Source: Saccostrea cucullata
Taxonomy: Eukaryota
Length of the DNA: 64,000 bases
Assembly (NCBI RefSeq): GCF_032062105.1
Contig: NW_026926499.1
Location: forward strand, 62,001 to 126,000
Direction: 5' to 3'
In this document: positions 1-13,381 of the stretch, piece by piece
Layout: each line of letters opens with the position of its first letter
How positions within the stretch are numbered: the first letter of the stretch is position 1
Notes under the pieces: model-generated
Seen by the model: the letters and a program-made list of their open reading frames with translations, nothing else
What the model was told of the DNA's origin: nothing
Database searches by the model: none
Made by a program: the position numbers and the translations under genes

Positions 1-1003
1 CTATCGAGGCCTGATTTTGTGTATTTTTCATGTATAACCACAGTTCTCTGCAGCTTAGTTCAGACAGACAACATCTTTTGATTAGCGAGGTAATTGACTA
101 ATTGAGGAAATGATTATTCTTTTATGTAAGACTTAAATTGGTGATCAAATGCAGGAAATAGTTGACTTGTATGTGGGACGCTGGTAGAGTGATATTTGAT
201 GAGGGAACTTTTACAAGGGGTTATGCATCCTTTCTAAGGTACAACCAGTGGCTTTGATTGATGTACTCTTAAAATAACAAATCTTAGCTATTGGAAATTT
301 CCATCAAAAAGTTAAAAGTACTCTCTTGCTATTCTCATATATTTCTTTCTGATAATTTTAAAAGATTAACCTTGAATATAGTAGCAAAACAATTGAGAAC
401 AAAGAATCTGTGGAAATTTTATAAATAGCAAATTTCCACATGTTCCAAAAGGATTTTTTTTAGAGGCTTGGCTGATATAGATCAGTTATATCACAAGCAA
501 TCAATAGTTGCAGATCCAAAGGAATAAATAAAATATTAAATAAGCTACGTAATGTTTGGTTGGAGGGTACAGAAGTTGTATCAGTTTATCAATCGGGTAT
601 ATAGACGTACAGGCAATAAGATGTTCTCTTGGATTGAAATAAAAGGCAAATCAATGTTATCACCTAATCTCCAAAGGAAAGCTATGGAAGAAAACCTTGG
701 GCAGAGTTATATATTGTGATTAAGGCTGATAAAAAAATGTGAAGGTTTTATTACTTATTTACTTTAGTAAAACTGAAGGAGAGATGGAAATAGAGCAGTC
801 CTATATAATGTTAAATAACTGACACATTGTCATCAGGTGTGATTTATAAAGGGAGGTGCAATCTGAATTAAAATTTTAAAAATTCGGTTGATGAGAGAAA
901 TTATCTGAGTGACATTTAATTAGTTACTTTTGGCCACATAAGACAGAGATGCCATATTTATGACACACTTGTCTGACCTTTTTCTGGTTTTTTTCTGATG
1001 TAG

Positions 1004-4000
1004 GGCGTCCAATGTGTACAGAAGGACACCGTCAGGCCTCGTAAACACAGGGTTCCGAGTGGAAAACATGGCCAACGAGCAAGTGGAGCCCACTAATCAA
1101 AATGTAAGACCATTTCAGTATTTTATTTAACAGAAGAAAACAACATGAGATTAATTTGTAGTGTACAAAGTTTATCTTGAAAATTAATCATCTTGTCACA
1201 TAAAATCTTCATATTATAATACTGTAATCATTTAATGTAAATTATATAATTCATGGAATAATTATGAGGGGAAATTTTCTGAAGTAAAATTATTATTTGA
1301 AACTCTAAGAAAACAAATAGTAGAATGCATAGAATCTGAATATAATTTGCAATATTTAAAAAGGCAGTAACAATCTTATGTGACATACCACTGACAATGG
1401 CAAACAGTAAGAATGAATTAGCTATGTGACACCTAGGTGATTACTTGTTAAGTACAGTAGAACAATTTCCTTTCTTTGTAGGAGTCGCTAACTGTAAACA
1501 TGGAGGATCCCCCAATCTACAAGTGTGTCGAGGACCCGGTTGTCAAGGAAACTGTTGTCATAGAGAAGCCAAGGTCATCCCCTCCCGTAGGAGGAGGTAG
1601 CAATGCGGCTCGGAAAGAAAGTGACAAAAGTAAGACGTAATATTGATTAAGGAAATGCCAAGAGAATTATTGCGGGATTTCTAGTTATTTTAAGGTTTTT
1701 ACCTTGTTCCAAAGTAGAAAATAACTTGACTTTTTATTTATAGGTGAAACCAGTGATGAATTTGAGAATGTGACTATCAGATTTAAACAGCCAGTGGACG
1801 ATGGTAAATAATTCTTGTGATTGATGTGGACTAGCATGTGCCATCTGTGTTTGGCTTTTCTCTAGCTGAGTTTGGGTTTTTTTGTTGTTTTTTGTGTGAT
1901 TATATCATGCATGAATTTGCTGTTTCTAAGAATCATACTATAAAATGGGTTTTATTGATGATTGATAAGTTAGTGTCTAAATCTTAATTCAGAAAGCCTA
2001 TTTTTGTCAGTAGTTAGTAGACATATATGGATAGGTACTTACTAGCAACTAGTATTGTCAGTAATGTAAACAGGGTACTAAATATGCAGCATTTTCATGT
2101 TTTGATATACATTAAATTTATTTTTAGTGTTTACTAATAACTTTCCATTGACTAGTGTTTATTTGCTAGTTGACAATTTAACAAACTGGTAGCATTTATG
2201 TTCATTATGTATGTCTTATTTTGGGCATTTATCAGCATGTGTGGTACATTTACAGTTTAAGAATATTTATCTACTCACATACTGTCTTCTTTTTCAAAAA
2301 AGATAACTCATTTGAAAAGGGAGGGGGCAAACTTTATTAAAGATCTTGTGTTAAAAGAAATACTGTATAACAGCAATATTTAGCAATCATCTAAGTTTGG
2401 CATTATTAAGAGCGATGGTTTTGGTATCACAAAAATTAAGTATCACTAAAAGTTCAATGATAAATATTGTATAGGAAAAATAGTTATGATCCCCCTTAAA
2501 AGCCCCTAAAAATCCTAAAAAGCTAATAATCAAATCAATAATAAAAGCTGATAATTAGAGTATGCTAAAAATAATAGTTTTTGGATATTTGCTAGCTTTG
2601 GCAGTCGCTAAAATAACCTGTTATACAGTATAAACACTATATAGATCTAACCTTGTTGCAAGAAGTTTAAAAATTTCACTACCTGAAGACTCTCAAGTTT
2701 GCCTTGTTATAACACCAATAACTGTGTGCTATTCTAATTCCTAATTATATAATATATATATATTAAGTTAACACCTTTCTTTATGTTGATACTGATTCCT
2801 TTGTATGTAACTAATACTTCTGTTCATTTGTCATGATGTGTCTTTTGTTGTAATTTCGTATTATGCTATTCAAGAAAGTTGATTTGTTTTTTATTTTGAT
2901 TTATATCATTAAGATTTAATGTTTATACATACAATTAAATTAATACATTTTATTAAAATTTTTGTATATGTATTTTTTATGTAAAGACAATCCCATGAAA
3001 GAGAATATTTTTTAGTTTCATTAAAGTGAATTTAAATGAAGCAGTAGATTTAGAGTGTTTTGTTTTTTATCATTAGCTCATGGAGTTGACCAGATCACAG
3101 AAAATTCTGACCTCTCCTCTGAAAGCTATTCCATTGCGGAAACTAATTCTGAACCTTCCACAGTCACCTATGCAAACGAAAAGGAATCCCCGTGTGAAAT
3201 AGAACCATTACAACTACCTTTACCCTGGAAAAAGGCACCTGCTCAGGAAAGCCAGCAGATGGGCGTGAAATCTGATGTGCCAAATACAGTGGAACCGATT
3301 GTAACCGCAGCTGAATCCGTTTTTCCGTGGAAGAAATTTCCGCGGGATCCCATTCCATTCTCCTCCTCCCTGGCATACTCAGACGACAGCGCCCCCATTG
3401 TCGCCGAGGCTCCCACGTGGGTTAACAACCTCTCCTACAGTCACCTGAAAGAATCTGGATCCCCCTATGCTTCCCCCGAAGTGACCTTAATTCCTGAACA
3501 CAGGCAAAATCATACATCTATCTTTGATCTTTTTAAAAGGGATGATCCAATCGAAAAGTGTTTGGATGCATGTGTGGCTAAATTAAATTCTGCTTTGGAT
3601 GAAACTGACAGCAAAAGTCATGCTTCTGGGGACACTATTCCCCCACCATGGAGTCACCATGGTGAAGATGCAGACAATATTCCAGTGCCATCTATGAAGG
3701 AAACGTACGGAGTTAAAAATAATCTCCTGTTATCCAATCATACTCTTCCGCCCCCCTCACATCATGTTATTTTACCCACAGTTCATTTCTCTGAGGACTC
3801 TATAACACAGAGTCACAGTGATGACGGAGAAGTCCACAAACCATTGAAATCTCTACCAGGCTCTGCCTCAGCTCCTGATCTGCCGAAACACTTTCAGGTT
3901 ATAGAACCGATGACCAAGTCACGACTCCACTCGGAGTCCATGTTAGAGGATTTAGACTTTCACGACCAAGCTGTGTCACGCGTTAATGAGTGGTTGTCTG

Positions 4001-4143
4001 CAACGATAAGCGAGGAGGCAGGGATCGTTATTCCGATTCACGTACCCACTCCCGAGCTGTCCAGTGACAATGACGCGGACTGCAGCAGTGAAGGAGAGGG
4101 CGATGACGATGATGATTGGGATTTCGATCGCGATGATTTATGA
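1004..4143 (+). CDS. 3' part of an unknown gene (5' end outside window); low-complexity acidic C-terminus
   Basis: Phase-compatible GT-AG exons 1004-1103 (ASNVYRRTPSGLVNTGF...), 1482-1629, 1744-1803 and 3077-4143 (joins the 362-aa ORF at AHGVDQ..., ends DDDDDWDFDRDDL-stop). No recognisable domain. Confidence 0.75.
2361..2630. mobile_element. TA-flanked MITE (non-autonomous DNA transposon)
   Basis: Inverted termini TACTGTATAACAG ... CTGTTATACAGTA with internal GCTAAA-type subrepeats. Confidence 0.7.
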
Positions 4144-5059
4144 TGACAGCCTCACTCTAGTCCAGAATACTCAATTGTCTTTCCAGAATTATATGTGCAT
4201 TGCTAGTCATTATATGTCTAGTGATTATTATGTTTTTCTGAGTGTCAAAATTTGTATTTCTTCATGGCAATAAGTCATTTTGTGCTGAATATTTGAGCTT
4301 CAAAACATGTTATCATTCCATGAAATCAGGTTTATAAAATTCATCATCATATCATCCTCATTAATACTATAATACCACAATGTAAACTGAAAATTCAATG
4401 CCAACTTAAAAATTCAGGGATTCAAAATTCAGGAGACAATGAAAAAAAAATTAGATGGCATATCAGGTTTTAGTTGAGGAAGAAACATGACTCTCAATTC
4501 CCATTCTTCTGGCATTAGTAAACGAGTGATTAGTGGTAGGCTATTTATACATGTTCAATCTCAGGTTGTTATTATGGAATCTTGGTACAAATTATTGAAT
4601 GTGTTAAATTATTAAACACTGAAGAATGTATAATTGATATCACTTACCTGTTCTAGTTGTGAAGAGGCCCTACATTGTTAACATCTAAAGTTAATTTCCT
4701 TTCTATGAAAGATGACTTTCATTGACATAGGTGTGCTTCAGCATTTTAACTTTCATAAAGTGAAAAATGCATGTGCAATAAATTTTCTCATGATAGAGTG
4801 AAAAAAAAAGCATTGTTGAAGATACTTACAAAATGAAGTTCCATTTGAATTTACAACATATCATGACTCACAATAAATTTATAAGATTTTCATTTATTTA
4901 CTATGCATGCATGTAAGGTAAAATGACTGCATGTCTGAAAATATCTTCCTAACATTACAATGAGATGAGATTTAATATTTGAAATAAAAAAAATAAAAAT
5001 AAATCTCTTATTATTATTCTGAAAGTAATCCTGAGGAGGTCTTGGACTTGTTTCATTCA

Positions 5060-6200
5060 GCAACTGGTACAGTGTATTAACCATGCTTATTAGGACAACT
5101 GAACATCATTTATAATTCCTAACCCTTTTTATTTTTTTTTTACTCATCTGAAAATGTAGGTCTACTATCCAGCATCCAAAGAAAGTCAGGTACAGTAGCA
5201 AAGTAATTTCATAGGTCCCAGTGACTTCGTTATAACTGAGGTTAGCTGTAGTGTGTATCCCTAGAGGCATTGTCCTTTTAATGCTGGACAAATTAGGACT
5301 TGCATATCTGCTTAAACACTGACCTGCTCCCAAATTTTTAACTTGTTCACTTATCTGGAAAAAGTAGGTTAGAAACAGCATCTGAAGAAAATCTTTAAAG
5401 ATTACCTGCATTGGCATTTGATTTTTTTGAGATATGTTATTTTTTGAGCACCTGTTCAAGTATGGTCTTATTAACGGGTAAGGTTTATAGTAACTTGCAA
5501 ATAAAATTGCTGCAAAAACCAGTTAATTGGTCAATAACCCATATTATGTAGGTCGTTCCAATATCCAAAACAAGTGTGGTAGTGTGCATCATTATATAGT
5601 AATGGCAAATTCAATATGCAATAATGCAAATTCTGTCATCAAAGCTTTAAAGGTACCCTGTTTATTCATCTGGATTATGTAGGTTTGACCCAACTTCTAA
5701 AGTAAGTTAAACTGTTTTAGTGTGCATTTCTAGGTGCATAAACATGTAAGGTTTTTTTTGGTTAGGCCAATGGTTACTTTGAAATGAACCTGCTTAAATA
5801 AATTTACGGCAGATCCAGTATTTGAAGAAAATTTGGTAGTATGCAGTATGGTAATTAATGTATACCCATAGATCCATACAAGGTGGTCCATTTACAAGTA
5901 CCTAGAACTTATTGTAACTTGCAAATGAAACTGCTCCAAAAACAAATTTGTTTATTCATCCAAAAAAGGTAGCTATATAGATAGGTCTAGCATCTAAAGC
6001 AAATAAGGTAGAGTGCATCCCAAAATGCTTCATCCAAGTACCGTTATTAGCTTACAGACACTTAGGGAATGAACCTGCTGTAAGATCTTTCACCTTTTTG
6101 ACACATGCAGGAAATGAAAGTCAGGTCTATCACCTGAAGCAAGTTTTGTAGTTAGTATCATCCATTCGTAATAAACGATCTAGAGAGCAATTTGAACATT
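5060..6200 (+). repeat. Degenerate ~146-bp satellite/Helentron remnant
   Basis: Diverged copies of AAATGTAGGTC...CAGCATC..AAGCAAG motifs seen intact at 28333-29768 and 55935-57110; boundaries approximate. Confidence 0.5.
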
Positions 6201-7004
6201 ACTGCCGATAGAAAATGCAAACTTTTACATTTACAAAGACTGGCTTGACCTTTATGATGACCTGTGGTTGTACAAATGCATTATGCATGATAAAAATTGC
6301 ATCACTTAACATTACTTTTCATGCTTCTAATACTGTAAAGTATTATAATATAACAAAACGAAAATATGACAAATGACTAGTGTTTATTGTACAAAATCAG
6401 GGTTGCAAAAGTTACAAAATGAGCAAATACATTACACTTTAGTAAAAAAGTTACAAATGTAACCATTAATTAAGTTTATAACATTTGTATAAAAACATTG
6501 GAGAGGCACTATCATTACATAGCTTTCCTCTCAAACAATGCCCTGAACAGTGATTCACTGTCTAGTACAGATTCACTCAAATCCTCCAAGTAAAAACAGC
6601 ACAATAAATTACTTCTCACACTACCATACCATTATAAACCATACATTCTTGTGATTATTGCCAGAAGTTATACCTGACATTATTCTGGCTTTGAATAAAG
6701 AAAAGATAGTTTTCTTATTTTATAGAACCCACTTACTGATCTAAACAGTGGATAAACAAACAAAAGGCCCATGGGCCAAAATGCTGACCTTAGTCACTTG
6801 GACTCTTCTGAACTTCATCACCAAATAAGATTTTTTTTCCATATATCCAATAATATGGAAAATTTATATCACATAAATTTGCCCCAGCATAACCCACACA
6901 CTCATGATTTGAATTTGAATCTTTAATACAATAGGATGCTTCCATAAACATAGAATAAAACCTTAGAGTCTCCCCTGGTTTTACCGTTAAGGGACTAATA
7001 ATAC

Positions 7005-7125
7005 ATACCCTTTTCTACATCACATACTGTATCAGCCTGAGACACCAATATCAGCCAGAGGGCCGAAGCCCGGAGGGCTGATATTGATTGATGGCTGAAG
7101 TGGTGTGGAAAAGGGTATGTTTTAG
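7005..7125. repeat. Imperfect palindromic (foldback) mini-element
   Basis: CATACCCTTTTC...CAATATCAGCC - GGGCCGAAGCCC centre - GGCTGATATTG...GAAAAGGGTATG. Confidence 0.55.
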
Positions 7126-7352
7126 TATGTTAATTATTACATACTTAGTAATAAAATGCAACACACACCAACTTGAGAAAAATACAAATGAATAATCATG
7201 CGCTGACTACATACAATTACTATGCTTCTGTATAATATATACATACAATAATTCTTAGCTTTGGTAGACATTTTAAAACATTTCATATGCTCCTTTGGCT
7301 TAAGCGAGTGTGAAACAAGTTACTGAGAATAAGGAACCTAACTAAATTTAAG

Positions 7353-7913
7353 TACTGTAAACGTGGTTATATTGACGAGTTGAAAAATTGACGATTTTTT
7401 GTTTACGAAAATTGACGAGTGTAAATTTTGACGTAATATTTAATCAAGAATTATAAATCTTTTAAATCACGGGGATACAAATAACTAAAATTTAAGTTTT
7501 GTACAGACTAGTAGTATCTACAATGTGTAAGATTGTACAAAGTATCTAATTGTGTACGATTAAAAGTGGTCAATTGCCTGAGGTGACAAAATAGCTCAAG
7601 CACGGCATGATAATTTCGCTAAGTTATGCATGCAGTATTTGATACACTAGTTCAGCTTCAATGGTTTTAAAAAATGTGATTTTATATCACTATGTTTTCA
7701 TAACTAATTGCAAAAGAAATTAACAGTAACTTTGATCTTGTTTTAATAGGGGAAAGCCAAGAAAATTAAACGGTAATATTGTACAATAGTCAATGTCTGT
7801 TGCGACGCTATATATATGATGTGAAATTTGACGAGTGTAAATTTTGACGATAAAAGAAAAATCGTCAATATAGTCAAAATTGGCACATCGTCAAAATTTC
7901 CACGTTTACAGTA
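7353..7913. mobile_element. TA-flanked MITE
   Basis: TIRs TACTGTAAACGTGG ... CCACGTTTACAGTA; subterminal TTGACGA repeats. Confidence 0.8.
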
Positions 7914-7984
7914 TTTCTATTACAATTTCCTACATAACTTTATCATTGCTAATAATATATTTCTGCTTTAAAAAAACAGAAGTT

Positions 7985-9104
7985 AACTAGGAGACTTATT
8001 GTTCACAGAACAATAAGAGGTTTTTCCACCTTTTTGAATTTTTATTTTGTTTTATATCTGCATCCTTAAAATTAAATTCAATGAATATGAAACCAAAATT
8101 GTCATAGACAATAGAAATTAAAAATGAAAAATTAAAAAAAATGAAAGGTCCTTGACCTTTAACCTTAAAAAATATTCAGGGTCAAAGGTCAAGGGTCACA
8201 ATGCAATTGACCACATGCTTCTACCACTTATAATTTTCAAGTTATAAGGTTTAATAGTAAGTACAAAGACGTTAAAGGGCGATAACTCATAAAGGGGGTC
8301 ATCAGATCCTTTCGCAGTTATACAGTGAATTTAGGCCTAAAGACAGTTAAGACATTAGTGAAGGTTTGGTGTCTCTACGGTCTACGGTTTCAGAGGAGTA
8401 GTGATAACAAGGTTTTTCGCACAAGGGGCAATAACTTTTAAAAGTGTTAATCTTAGGGGACAAGAATGAAATAAGGTCCGCTGAAGACGGAAGACCTTAA
8501 TAAAAATAGTGGAAAAGAAACCTAAGAATTGAAATAGTTTTTAGAGTACATAGTAATGATGCAAAGACATTAAGTTTATGCTGAAAGACAAAAGAGATAT
8601 AAAAAGAGCTTAATTTCTCAGTTTTGGAATGACCTTGACCTTTGACCTTTACATAAATTTCAAGGTCAAAGGTCATTGAATCTTATGCACTTGGTCCCAT
8701 GTCTCTATGACTTCTCGTTTTGAAAATTTTTAATTATTTGTAAATTTTATAAAGTTTCAGGGGCAATAACTCATAGAAAGGGTTTACGAATCCTTTGCAA
8801 TGAATAGTTTGAAAGGTCCTCTCAAGTAGTTGTAGACATTGGTGAAGGTTTCATACCTTTACTGTTTACAGTTTTGGAGGAGTAGCGATAACAAGCATTT
8901 CTTGCGTAAGGGGCAATAACTTCAAAAGGGATCAAAGATCGAATATGGGGGGTCATTTTTCGGAATAACTTTAAATATCCAGTATCATGAACTATAAAGA
9001 TTTTCGATAAGTCTTGCAGTTTCAAAACATCTCCAGAAATAAAATAATAAGAAACAGAAGCATTTCAAGAGGACTTTCCACAGAAAGGTGGAAAGACCCA
9101 ATAA
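7985..9104 (+). mobile_element. Non-autonomous Helentron (HINE-like) element with two internal ~480-bp repeats
   Basis: 5' sub-terminal motif AGGTTTTTCCAC recurs in the 3' hairpin CTTTCCACAGAAAGGTGGAAAG; two internal blocks with GACCTTGACCTT...GGTCAAAGGTCA. Confidence 0.55.
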
Positions 9105-9479
9105 GGAATTACAAAAATCCAGTCAAACTTCATTATCTCAAACCTGATGGGGCTGAGAAAAAACTTCCGAGATATCAGAGGATTCGAGATTTTAAAGGTA
9201 AAATACTTAAAAAATATGTTGTTGGGACTTCCACATCACTTCCACATATCCATGGTACATGTATTCAAGTTACCAGAGTTGGAGATACCAAAATTCAACT
9301 GTAGCTAATTTTGTTCAGAGAAAGTAAAAATTCTCTGAACAAATTTGTAGAGAGTATAAATAAAAAAGTTTTCTTTTGATAAATGGTGGACGTGATAAAC
9401 CAGTTTCTGCAACTCTGGATTTAGCACTTATTTAATTGGCCAGACTGTTTTTCTCTACATTTAGACTATCTAGATTTGG

Positions 9480-9690
9480 CCTGTCTGTTTCTTTCTGTAT
9501 TTTGATTGGTCAGTCTATTTCTTTCTGTATTTTGATCAGTCAGTGTTTCTTTCTGCATTTTGACTGGTCAGTCTGTTTCTGTATTTTTACTGGTCAGTCT
9601 GTTTCTTTCTGTATTTTGATTAGTCAATCTATTTCTTTCTGTATTTTCCATGGTCAGTCGATCAGTTTCCTCCTCCTGATTGGTGAGATA
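9480..9690. repeat. 30-bp minisatellite overlapping the distal terminal exon of the CUB-lectin gene
   Basis: Unit TTCTTTCTGTATTTTGATTGGTCAGTCTAT, about 6 copies; encodes RLTNQNTERN on the - strand. Confidence 0.85.
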
Positions 9691-9821
9691 ATTATTATTT
9701 GCTTTCCTCCGCACATGCCTACGGACACAGAAGACAAGAATCAGGATGATAAATAGAGACGCTGCCGCAGAGCCAAGAGAGACTGCCCACGGAAAGGAAT
9801 GAGACACTGTCACGGTCACCT
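9568..9821 (-). CDS. Alternative terminal exon (TM + repeat tail) of the CUB/C-type lectin receptor
   Basis: Acceptor TTTCAG; phase-1 entry matches the 36-bp exon 18858-18893; encodes hydrophobic AVSLGSAAASLFIILILVFCV followed by RRHVRRK stop-transfer. Confidence 0.65.
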
Positions 9822-10154
9822 CTGAAATCACAGGGGGTCACATCTTACTCAGTTACATACAATGTACACATTTCACAAAACAATATTCAAAGTAAGCCAT
9901 TGTCACTCATTTCTTATAACTTTACAGATAGTGGAATATACTTTGGCACCTATTGATATGTATGGTAACTTTTTTTTATGAAGAGTCTTTGAGCATCAAT
10001 GTTGATGAGTATATAGTGAATATCTTGTATATTCTCTAAAGCAATAAAGCAAAAACACTGAAAAATATTACAAGGAGAAATCATAAATTATCTAAAAATT
10101 AATGTGAAAGTTATGTATGACATTAAATGAGTGAGGGAATAATTAATATCAAAA

Positions 10155-11236
10155 TACGAGGGGTTATCAAAAAGTTCGTGGACTGAGGCTTTAAAATTAG
10201 TACTATGTACTCTGTGCTTTCAAAATTTATAGGGAACATAAAACAACACAAAAAAAAGAAATGTTGAAAATTTTAGCCTGATACGTTCATTTTTTGCCAA
10301 ATTATCATAAAATGAAAACGATATGATATGATCACCCGGCGCTGTCGTCGTTTATTTTCATGACGTCCGATAACGTCATTTTTTTCAATGTCCTCTTCTC
10401 CTACCTCATACACTTTTTTGATGAAATTCCCTGGAGCTGAGTAAGGACTTAAACCCGCCTTGTTTATATGACTTTACATACAATGTCATGAACAGTGGCC
10501 TTCAATGAATGTATATTCCAGATGGATTAATATATTTGGAGAGATCCGCACATGATTGTGCCGGCATATTTTACTTTTGGGAGTTCAATTTATACAACAC
10601 ATGATTAACGTCATTTTTGTAGGGATTGATTTTTGCACACCTTGACAGCAAATCGACATTAATTTTGTATCTCTTTACCCTCTGAATCTATTTTGACATT
10701 AAAAGACAAGTACTCTAGATGCATATTATTTCTCTGTAGCCAGTTCCAACATATTTTAGGTATATACTGATTTTTTCAGGGTCAAAATTTTATAGAATGT
10801 TGGAAACAGAAACCCCTCCCCCTTTAAACGTCATTTTCAAGGCCTCGTTTGTTTGGACATTCCGTGTAAAACTTACGATAAAATTTCATAGGACTTTCAG
10901 AATGAAGTGAAAATTTGATATTTTATAGACCAATTGTGTCCCGACACATACCTGAATTAACGGTTTTTTTTTTTGGGATGTCAAATGATCATATCAAAAG
11001 AGTTTTTCTCAGTTACACATAGGTCGAAAAAACGTCGTTTTTGAGGTTGCGCCGCCTGGGCATACCATTGCTTACAAAAACATTACTAATTTATTTAAAA
11101 ATAAAATTCATGATTTGTGGTTTATTCTTTGGATAGAAAAGATGATGCTAACTAGATATTTCAAAATTCATTGATGTACCTTAACCGGTTTTAATTTTAT
11201 GGTGCTAGTCCACGAACTTTTTGATAATCCCTCGTA
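10155..11236. mobile_element. Non-autonomous mariner-type element
   Basis: About 30-bp TIRs TACGAGGGGTTATCAAAAAGTTCGTGGACT ... AGTCCACGAACTTTTTGATAATCCCTCGTA; TA ends; no transposase ORF. Confidence 0.85.
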
Positions 11237-11669
11237 TAAATTATGCAAAATGTAATTCATTCACACAATAGCATTATGGCCTAATTTTGTTATAACAACT
11301 TTAAAACACTGCTTTAACAGAAGCATAACCACATACATTATTTATAATTATAACATATTTAACACAAAGCAAGCATAAAATACAGAAAAAGTCTACAAAA
11401 GTTTTTCTCATACAAAATGTATATTAATAGCATCAAACTAAAAATATGTTAATCAACAAACTAACCCCCTCAAAGAAAAAAATGTTCATATGTAATTCAT
11501 GTGAACAATTAACAAAACCGGATATTTCTTGACTTTCTTGCTCAATAAAAACAACAACAAAAATCAACAATCATGAAAAAAAGGAAAAAAACAATAGAAA
11601 CCATTCCTGAACAATTTTGCCACAGTGATCTTTACAATGAAGATCAGTTTCAGTAACAGGCCTGACATT

Positions 11670-12036
11670 ATTTTTTTGTGTACGTTGGTTTGGTGATGTA
11701 ATTTTTATATGTGTACATTGGTTTGGTGATGTAATCATTTTATGTGTACGTTGGTTTGGTGATGTAATCATTTTATGTGTACGACGGTTTGGTGATGTAA
11801 TTATTATATGTGTATGTTGGGTTTGGTGATGTGATTATTATATGTGTACGTTGGTTTGGTGATGTAATCATTTTCTGTGTACGATGGTTTGGTGATGTAA
11901 TTATTTTATGTGTACTTTGGTTTGGTGATGTAATTATTTTATGTGTACGATGGTTTGGTGATGTAATTATTTTATGTGTACGTAGGTTTGGTGATGTAAC
12001 TATTTTACGTGTACATAGGTTTTGTGATGTAATTAT
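11670..12036. repeat. 33-bp minisatellite (about 11 copies)
   Basis: Unit TGGTTTGGTGATGTAATTATTTTATGTGTACGA; explains the repetitive ORFs 11571-11771 and 11810-12046. Confidence 0.9.
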
Positions 12037-13344
12037 TTCTCTGTGACTCCTCGTAGGACGGTGGCAGTGAGCTCCTGTCAGGTTCTATGGAGGGTGGTCG
12101 ATATGAGGGCAGGGGCGTTTGTTCCTCGGGAGGAGCACTAGGCTCCTGGGTCCTGCTGGGTCTCCTATCTCTACTGCTAGCCTGGTACGTCTGACGTCTC
12201 TCGAGGCCCTCGCGGATTCTCCGGGCTTTTATATGTTTACATCGGCAATATATCACAGTTATTATTATGATGAGCACAATACCTCCACTGATAGATAAAA
12301 TTATCACCCAACGTAATGAAACAGGTTCAAAATCTGAAAGACAAAAGACATCCTCTAGTCCTCGAAAAAACAACTACTAGTAATTGATTGCTTGAGCTAT
12401 AGATCTTTTCTAATTCTAAAAAAAAATTTCCCTACATATTTTCACATTAAACTTTGTTCACCTCTTGTGGCCCAACCCTTTTCTCTTGGTTCATGATTTG
12501 TACACCCTTCAATCTACACAACCTGAGAATGTTTCTGTAATACTGTAGAAGTACTTTTTTCCGCGTGGTATTAATTTACACTATGTACGCGGTCACAAAT
12601 AATCCCAGGAAATTTGTCCAAGCGTACTTAATATAAATGTAAGGCATACAGAAACAAACCAGAAAATCCGCGTAATTTTCTACCTGCAGATTAAACAGAA
12701 ATTGAGATTCCGTGGAATTATGACCCCGTGGAAAAAAAGTATGTCTACAGTAATTAACATGACTTGAATCATGGTTTGGCTGTTCTTGAGAAGAAGATAA
12801 ATTTTTTCTAAATATTCCTGTGTAAAAATTAGAATACCTATTATGGCCCCACCCTTTCCCCCTGGGTTGATATTTGAACAAAAATCTGCACTTTGAAGTA
12901 GAGCTTTTCACATTTTCTTAATCACTTCCCCTTGAAAGACCTTTGAAAGAGGGCATGACCGGTCACCCTTCATTTGACATCTTTGTCGTAGGATGCTTTG
13001 TGGCATGTTTGGATAAAAAAGGCCCAGTGGTTCTTGAGAAGTCAAAAAATGTGAAAAATTTATAGATGGATGGACAGTGAGATGAATAAGTGGACACTGG
13101 ACATTAGTGGACAAAATGAGATTTTAAAAAAAGCTTACTTTACTTGAACTTTCATTCCAAGGAGTGAACATTATAGCTGAGTCTAGCTTTTGTCTGGCTC
13201 TTTTAATTTAAATGTTAATTCTCATGGCATAGTCTCAAGAATATAAACATAAATGTGTAATACAATGAAGTTATTAATCAGCCTTTACCAATTCATAAAT
13301 AGAAGGCCCGTGAATCACATCACCCACCTGAGCACTATGGCTAG

Positions 13345-13381
<37 letters not shown>

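Noticed and set aside
10155-11236. Autonomous mariner transposase
   Set aside because: No ORF of 60 aa or more between the TIRs; no element in the window shows recognisable transposase or reverse transcriptase coding sequence.
11670-12046. CRISPR-like array or repetitive ORFs 11571-11771 and 11810-12046
   Set aside because: Contiguous 33-bp tandem units without unique spacers in a eukaryotic context; the ORFs are translations of the minisatellite.
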